The notes beneath the pieces were generated by a model. The model saw nothing but the letters and a program-made list of their open reading frames with translations. It had not been told where the DNA came from and made no database searches. A stretch of 31,295 nt of DNA. Source: Pseudothermotoga sp. (GTDB taxonomy: Bacteria; Thermotogota; Thermotogae; Thermotogales; DSM-5069). Position 1 is the first letter of the stretch. Every line of letters begins with the position of its first letter. A program made the position numbers and the translations under genes. Location: the NCBI GenBank assembly GCA_031962025.1, contig JAVRKW010000015.1; one strand, 5' to 3'. Below are positions 26,343-31,295 of this stretch, piece after piece.

Positions 26343-27334
26343 AAATCCTGCCGGTGTTTTTACCGCAAATGGGTTGTAAAAAAAACTGTGTATTCTGCGA
26401 TCAAGGGTCGGCAACAGGTGTTTCAAAGGCTCCCGATCTTTCACAGTTAAATGAACTGGTAGAAAGCTATAAATCAACTGCAAGACAGTTTGAAATAGCT
26501 TTCTACGGCGGCACTTTCACCGGTATAGATGAAACCCTGCAACAACTCTATCTTGAGTGGGCAAATGGGTATGTCAGGCAGGGGATTTGCAGAGGTATCA
26601 GAATCTCAACAAGACCAGATGAAATCAACGAGCAAAAAATCGAGTTTCTCAAATCCTACAGTGTGAATTTCATAGAGATAGGTGCCCAGTCGTTTGACGA
26701 TGAAGTCCTCAGAAAATCCAATAGAGGGCATACTGTTGAGGATATTGAAAAATCATGCAGGATGTTGAAAAACATGCACATAGATTTTGGCTTGCATCTA
26801 ATGGTTGGTTTACCGGCTGATAATGAACAAAAGGATCTTTACAGTGCGTGGAAAACAGTAGAAAGCGGTGCAAAAACGTGCAGAATTCATCCGACTCTGG
26901 TTTTGAAAAATTCCCATCTTTCAAAACTCTTTGCAGCCGGTGAATATAAACCGCTGAATATCCAAGAAGCAATTGATATCTGCTCAAAAATGGTGGGGAT
27001 ACTTGAATCAAATGATGTTAAGGTGATCAGAACCGGTTTGTTCATACCGAGTGATCTTGAGCACAATATCGTAGCAGGACCTTATCATCCAAGATTTGGC
27101 GAGCTTGTGAAAATCAGACTTGTAAATGAAGTTATCTCTTATCTGAAACCATCAAAAATCGTTTATACTCATAGACAAGCGGGTATTTTTAGAACCATCG
27201 GTTTACAGGCGCAGATGGGCGAAGAATTTGGTTTTTCAGTCGACGGTCAGTTCTTGAAATGGAAAGACGCGCTGAAAAAATACATATCTGGAGGTGTGCA
27301 AGATGTTCGAACAACTCAAAAAGGATGCGCTTGA
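26339..27334 (+). CDS. Radical SAM protein (Elp3/YhcC-like, no KAT domain)
   Basis: CxxxCxxC (CKKNCVFC), [31 protein letters not shown]. Confidence 0.88.
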   Translation: MKILPVFLPQMGCKKNCVFCDQGSATGVSKAPDLSQLNELVESYKSTARQFEIAFYGGTFTGIDETLQQLYLEWANGYVRQGICRGIRISTRPDEINEQKIEFLKSYSVNFIEIGAQSFDDEVLRKSNRGHTVEDIEKSCRMLKNMHIDFGLHLMVGLPADNEQKDLYSAWKTVESGAKTCRIHPTLVLKNSHLSKLFAAGEYKPLNIQEAIDICSKMVGILESNDVKVIRTGLFIPSDLEHNIVAGPYHPRFGELVKIRLVNEVISYLKPSKIVYTHRQAGIFRTIGLQAQMGEEFGFSVDGQFLKWKDALKKYISGGVQDVRTTQKGCA

Positions 27335-28307
27335 AAAAATTGAAAATGCGAATGATTTGGAACAACTCGAGAAGCTGAGAGTAGCACTGCTCGGTAAAAA
27401 GGGAATCATCACAGAGCAGATGAAGAACATAGGTAAATTACCTTTACAGGAGCGACCAGAGGCTGGAAAGATTCTCAATGAGCTCAAAGAGCAAGTTCAA
27501 AATGCTATCGAAGCAAAAAAAGAGCATCTCAAAAAATTGGAAGCAGAGAAAATCTCTGAAAAAATGTGGGTTGATATAACACTACCAGGTGCGAAAAGAC
27601 GTGTAGGTCACAGGCATCCTATAATGAAAACACTTGATGAAATAGAAACCATATTCGTGTCGATGGGCTTTAAGGTTGTTGAAGGACCAGAAATAGAAGA
27701 CAGCTGGCACAATTTCGATGCACTCAACACACCAGAATGGCATCCTGCCAGAGATGAACACGATTCATTTTATCTGAATGACTTTTTACTGCGCACCCAC
27801 ACATCTCCTGTTCAAATAAGGACCATGCTGTCCAAACAGCCACCCATTGCGATCATATCGCCCGGCAGGGTTTATAGAAGAGATTACGACGCAACGCATC
27901 TTCCCATGTTTACTCAGGTCGAAGGCTTGTACGTGGATGAAAATGTATCTGTGGCACATTTGAAATACACACTCGAGAAATTCGCACAAGAGATTTTCGG
28001 CAGTCAAAGGCGTATAAGGTTGAGACCGAGTTTCTTCCCGTTTACGGAACCGAGTTTTGAAGTTGATGTTTCCTGCGGAGTGTGCGGCGGGAAGGGATGT
28101 CAGGCGTGTGGTTACAGTGGATGGCTCGAGATACTGGGTGCCGGTATGGTCCATCCAAATGTTTTCAAAAATGTGGGTTATGATCCTGAAAAGTGGACTG
28201 GCTTTGCCTTCGGAATGGGTGTTGAACGCATCACGATGCTCAAGTACAACATAAAAGATATGAGAGATTTCATCAGAAACGATAAAAGATTTCTGGAAAA
28301 CTTTTAG
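27303..28307 (+). CDS. pheS: Phenylalanine--tRNA ligase alpha subunit
   Basis: NFDALN...[45 protein letters not shown]. Confidence 0.97.
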   Translation: MFEQLKKDALEKIENANDLEQLEKLRVALLGKKGIITEQMKNIGKLPLQERPEAGKILNELKEQVQNAIEAKKEHLKKLEAEKISEKMWVDITLPGAKRRVGHRHPIMKTLDEIETIFVSMGFKVVEGPEIEDSWHNFDALNTPEWHPARDEHDSFYLNDFLLRTHTSPVQIRTMLSKQPPIAIISPGRVYRRDYDATHLPMFTQVEGLYVDENVSVAHLKYTLEKFAQEIFGSQRRIRLRPSFFPFTEPSFEVDVSCGVCGGKGCQACGYSGWLEILGAGMVHPNVFKNVGYDPEKWTGFAFGMGVERITMLKYNIKDMRDFIRNDKRFLENF

Positions 28308-28321
28308 TGGAGGGATGAACT

Positions 28322-30691
28322 GTGCTTGTGCCATTAGAATGGCTCAGAGAATACATCCAGATCGACTGGTCAGATGAACAAATAGCAAACAGGTTGACAA
28401 TGGCTGGCGTGAGTGTGAAAAACATAATACCGTCTTTGATAAAAGGGAAGATCGTATGTGCAATTGTCAAAAAAATACAAGCACATCCAAATTCAGATAG
28501 ACTTCATATTTGTGAACTTTTTGATGGAAAAAATCTTTATAAAACTGTGACATCAGATATGAATGTAATTGAAGGTTCTCGCGTGGCTGTTGCGATGCCT
28601 GGAACTGTTCTTGCAAACGGTTCTGTCGTCGAACCAGCTTCGATAAAGGGTATTGTATCTCAAGTGATGATGTGCTCCTTGGAAGAACTCGGGCTTGAAA
28701 CTAAATCCGAATGTGTCTATCAGATAGATGAAGACATACCACTGGGAACTGACCTGATAGAACACTGGAAACTGGATGATAAGGTCATAGAAGTTGAAAT
28801 CACTCCTAACAGACCTGACTGTCTTGGAGTAATCGGCATTGCACGGGAACTTGCGGCACTTTGCGGCAAAACTATGCATCAGCCAGACACACAGTTTGAT
28901 GTGACAGACCGTTTCACAGAGGATTTGGTCAAAGTTACAATACAGGATCTGGATGGCTGTCCCAGATACTGCGCAGGCTTTATGGAATCTGTCAGGGTGA
29001 AATCCAGTCCAGTATGGTTGCGCAGAAGGCTTATGAGTGCAGGAATCAGACCAATAAACAACGTCGTTGACATCTCAAACTACGTAATGCTTGAAACAGG
29101 TCATCCTGTACACATCTTTGATTATTCGAAAATATCAGATGGACATATAATCGTCAGAAAAGCTTTAGAAGGTGAGCGAGTAACACTCTTGGATGAAAAA
29201 CAGTATTCCTTAACGGGTATAGAAACTCTCATCACAGACAAGGACAAAATTTTAGCAGTTGGTGGCATCATGGGAGCTTCTGAAAGTGGTGTTTGCGATT
29301 CGACGAAAGATATCGTTTTAGAAGTGGCTTATTTCAATCCAGTGAGAATTCGCAAAAGCTCGAAAGCTTTAAATGTAAAATCAGACGCATCTTACCGCTT
29401 TGAAAGAGGTGTAGATCCAAATGATTCATTATTCGTTATGAAGCGATTGATGCATCTTGTTCAAAAAATCGCTGAAGGAAAAGCTGCGAGAAATTTTGTG
29501 GATGTCTATCCAAAAAAGATAACCCAGAAACAAGTTGAGCTGAGAAAATCAAGGCTTTTGAGAGTTCTTGGCACAGAGATAGATGATGGCACTGTAAAGA
29601 GAATTTTGACCTCACTTGGAATGAAAGTTGATGATACAGAAGAAGGATGGGTTGCTCAGATACCAACCTTCAGACCTGACATATCGATAGAAGAAGATCT
29701 GATTGAAGAAGTCGGAAGAATCTATGGATATGAAAAGATAACTGAGCAGATACCAAGAATTCCAGCAGCTGGTAAAGGATGGAGCGATCTGAATACCTTC
29801 AGAAAAACTGTTCGGCAGCTTCTTGCCGGCAGTGGTTTTGATGAAACGGTGAGCCTTTCTTTTACATCTTCTTTGATTGTAAAACAGCTCATGAACATTG
29901 AGCCTTTGATGCTGAAAAACCCGATGACAGAGGATATGGACTGTCTAAGACCTTCGCTTGTTTTTGGCTTGATAGATTCACTCTCTTACAATGCCAAAAG
30001 ACAAATAAGAGATGTCAAATTCTTTGAAATCGCGAAGGTCTATGGCTTGAACAACAAAATGCCAGTTGAAAGAGAAAAGATCGGCATCATCATGACAGGT
30101 CAGTTGAACGAAGAAGATTATACAGACCATCGTCCAGTGTCTTTGCTGAATCTGAAAGGAGTTTTAGATGAACTTTCTAACCATCTTTCAGTGGATTTGA
30201 AGGTTGTACCTGCACAAATCGACTGGCTAACCGCTGGAAGATCGGGAAAGATTCTGCTGGAAGACGAAGATGTCGGAGTAATCGGGATGTTAAACAGCAA
30301 ATTCAATCAAATCTACGACATAAAGGCAGAAATTTACTACATGGAACTCGATTTAGAGCAAATCTTCACCAGAGCCAGAACCACAAGACAGCTAAAAGAC
30401 ATCTCCAACTTTCCGGCCGTTAGAAGAGATATATCGCTCTTGATACCAACTGGCTTTTCTTCACACCAGATAATTTCATTCTTAGCCAGATCAAACCAGT
30501 ATGTAGAAAAAGTTGGCGTGAGCGACGTTTACAAAGGAAAAGATGTGCCACAAGGTATGATGAGCGTCACATTTTATGTGATTTACAGAGCTGCTGACCG
30601 CTCACTGACCGATGAAGAAATAAATACCATCTTTGAAGAGACTGTCAAAAATATTGAAGATAGTTTCAAAGTGAAAAGAAGATTTGCATGA
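28322..30691 (+). CDS. pheT: Phenylalanine--tRNA ligase beta subunit
   Basis: HPNSDRL, EITPNRPDCLG, RPINNVVDISNYVMLE, RFERGVD, EEDLIEEVGRIYGY, FPAVRRDIS. Confidence 0.97.
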   Translation: MLVPLEWLREYIQIDWSDEQIANRLTMAGVSVKNIIPSLIKGKIVCAIVKKIQAHPNSDRLHICELFDGKNLYKTVTSDMNVIEGSRVAVAMPGTVLANGSVVEPASIKGIVSQVMMCSLEELGLETKSECVYQIDEDIPLGTDLIEHWKLDDKVIEVEITPNRPDCLGVIGIARELAALCGKTMHQPDTQFDVTDRFTEDLVKVTIQDLDGCPRYCAGFMESVRVKSSPVWLRRRLMSAGIRPINNVVDISNYVMLETGHPVHIFDYSKISDGHIIVRKALEGERVTLLDEKQYSLTGIETLITDKDKILAVGGIMGASESGVCDSTKDIVLEVAYFNPVRIRKSSKALNVKSDASYRFERGVDPNDSLFVMKRLMHLVQKIAEGKAARNFVDVYPKKITQKQVELRKSRLLRVLGTEIDDGTVKRILTSLGMKVDDTEEGWVAQIPTFRPDISIEEDLIEEVGRIYGYEKITEQIPRIPAAGKGWSDLNTFRKTVRQLLAGSGFDETVSLSFTSSLIVKQLMNIEPLMLKNPMTEDMDCLRPSLVFGLIDSLSYNAKRQIRDVKFFEIAKVYGLNNKMPVEREKIGIIMTGQLNEEDYTDHRPVSLLNLKGVLDELSNHLSVDLKVVPAQIDWLTAGRSGKILLEDEDVGVIGMLNSKFNQIYDIKAEIYYMELDLEQIFTRARTTRQLKDISNFPAVRRDISLLIPTGFSSHQIISFLARSNQYVEKVGVSDVYKGKDVPQGMMSVTFYVIYRAADRSLTDEEINTIFEETVKNIEDSFKVKRRFA

Positions 30692-30750
30692 AGTGCCAGA
30701 TAGCGGTAGCAGTGGTTACTGGTTGACTACTTCAGGCGCTAACCAATCCG

Positions 30751-30782
30751 AAAAAAGGGCGCATAAGCGCCCTTTAATTTTT
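30751..30782. terminator. Bidirectional intrinsic terminator between pheT and the MCP gene
   Basis: AAAGGGCGC-ATAA-GCGCCCTTT (30754-30775) flanked by an A-run and a T-rich run, between convergent genes. Confidence 0.88.
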
Positions 30783-30793
30783 AACGGCATTTG

Positions 30794-31295
30794 TTAGAAT
30801 TTAAAGCCTTTTACTTTTTCCGCTAAAGATTCAGCCACCATATTGAGTCTTTCAGACATTTCACTCACGTTTTGTGCACCTTTTGCCTGTTCTCTCAAGG
30901 CTTTTGTCATTTCTTCAATTTGATTTGCAATCATCGTTATGGATTTTGTGGCTGTGTCCATCGCACTACTCATTTCCTGCGCAGCTGCACTCTGTTCCTG
31001 TGCACTTGCCGCAAGACTTTCTATCTGTGTGCCTATCTCTTCTACTCTCTTGAGTATGTTCATCAGCCTTTCTTTTACCATGTCAGATTGTTCCGCCGCC
31101 TTTTCAACTACCTTCACCGTCTCATTTGTAGCCGTACTTGCCTGCTGTGCTCCTTGCTGTATCTGACTGAGTATCTGCCCTATCTTGTCTGTAGCCTTCT
31201 TGCTCTCTTCCGCAAGCTTTCTTATCTCATCTGCAACCACCGCAAAGCCCCTACCTGCTTCTCCTGCCCTCGCTGCCTCTATCGCCGCGTTCAAT
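30794..31295 (-). CDS. Methyl-accepting chemotaxis protein, C-terminal part (5' end outside the window)
   Basis: [29 protein letters not shown] signalling hairpin. Confidence 0.96.
   Translation of the reverse strand, partial: LNAAIEAARAGEAGRGFAVVADEIRKLAEESKKATDKIGQILSQIQQGAQQASTATNETVKVVEKAAEQSDMVKERLMNILKRVEEIGTQIESLAASAQEQSAAAQEMSSAMDTATKSITMIANQIEEMTKALREQAKGAQNVSEMSERLNMVAESLAEKVKGFKF

Noticed and set aside
28073..28110. CxxC...CxxC motif in PheS
   Set aside because: A common feature of many bacterial PheS proteins, so not novel.
27786..28334. 182-aa minus-strand ORF
   Set aside because: Antisense to conserved pheS.

Overview
A Thermotogae-like (probably Pseudothermotoga-type; inferred from gene content and proteins) chromosomal window. 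It opens with one left-truncated, probably leader-proximal CRISPR repeat (1-35) and its AT-rich leader; no cas genes are present. On + follows a sugar/compatible-solute operon: alpha-glucoside/trehalose ABC transporter, trehalose synthase TreT, ROK repressor and an N-terminally short MggS-like glycosyltransferase. On - is a 9-gene uncharacterised peptide/amide utilisation operon (AroM-like protein, Opp/Dpp ABC transporter, M20 amidohydrolase, DUF1177, XRE-cupin regulator), running into flgB-flgC-fliE. On + is a tightly packed run of about 14 kb: PiT transporter, DUF47, mazG, SurA/PrsA-like chaperone, mtnA, yaaR, holB, yaaT, DUF2905, tkt, rnc, radical SAM, pheS, pheT. It converges on a partial methyl-accepting chemotaxis gene. 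The best non-coding signals are (i) a structured 5' leader before the PiT gene resembling a Na+-I (DUF1646) riboswitch, (ii) an orphan IS200/IS605 end / IscB omegaRNA (HEARO)-like fold that supplies the last codons and stop of treT, with a related 18-mer after pheT, and (iii) palindromic operators over consensus promoters of both catabolic operons. All family assignments come from motif recognition, not database searches.
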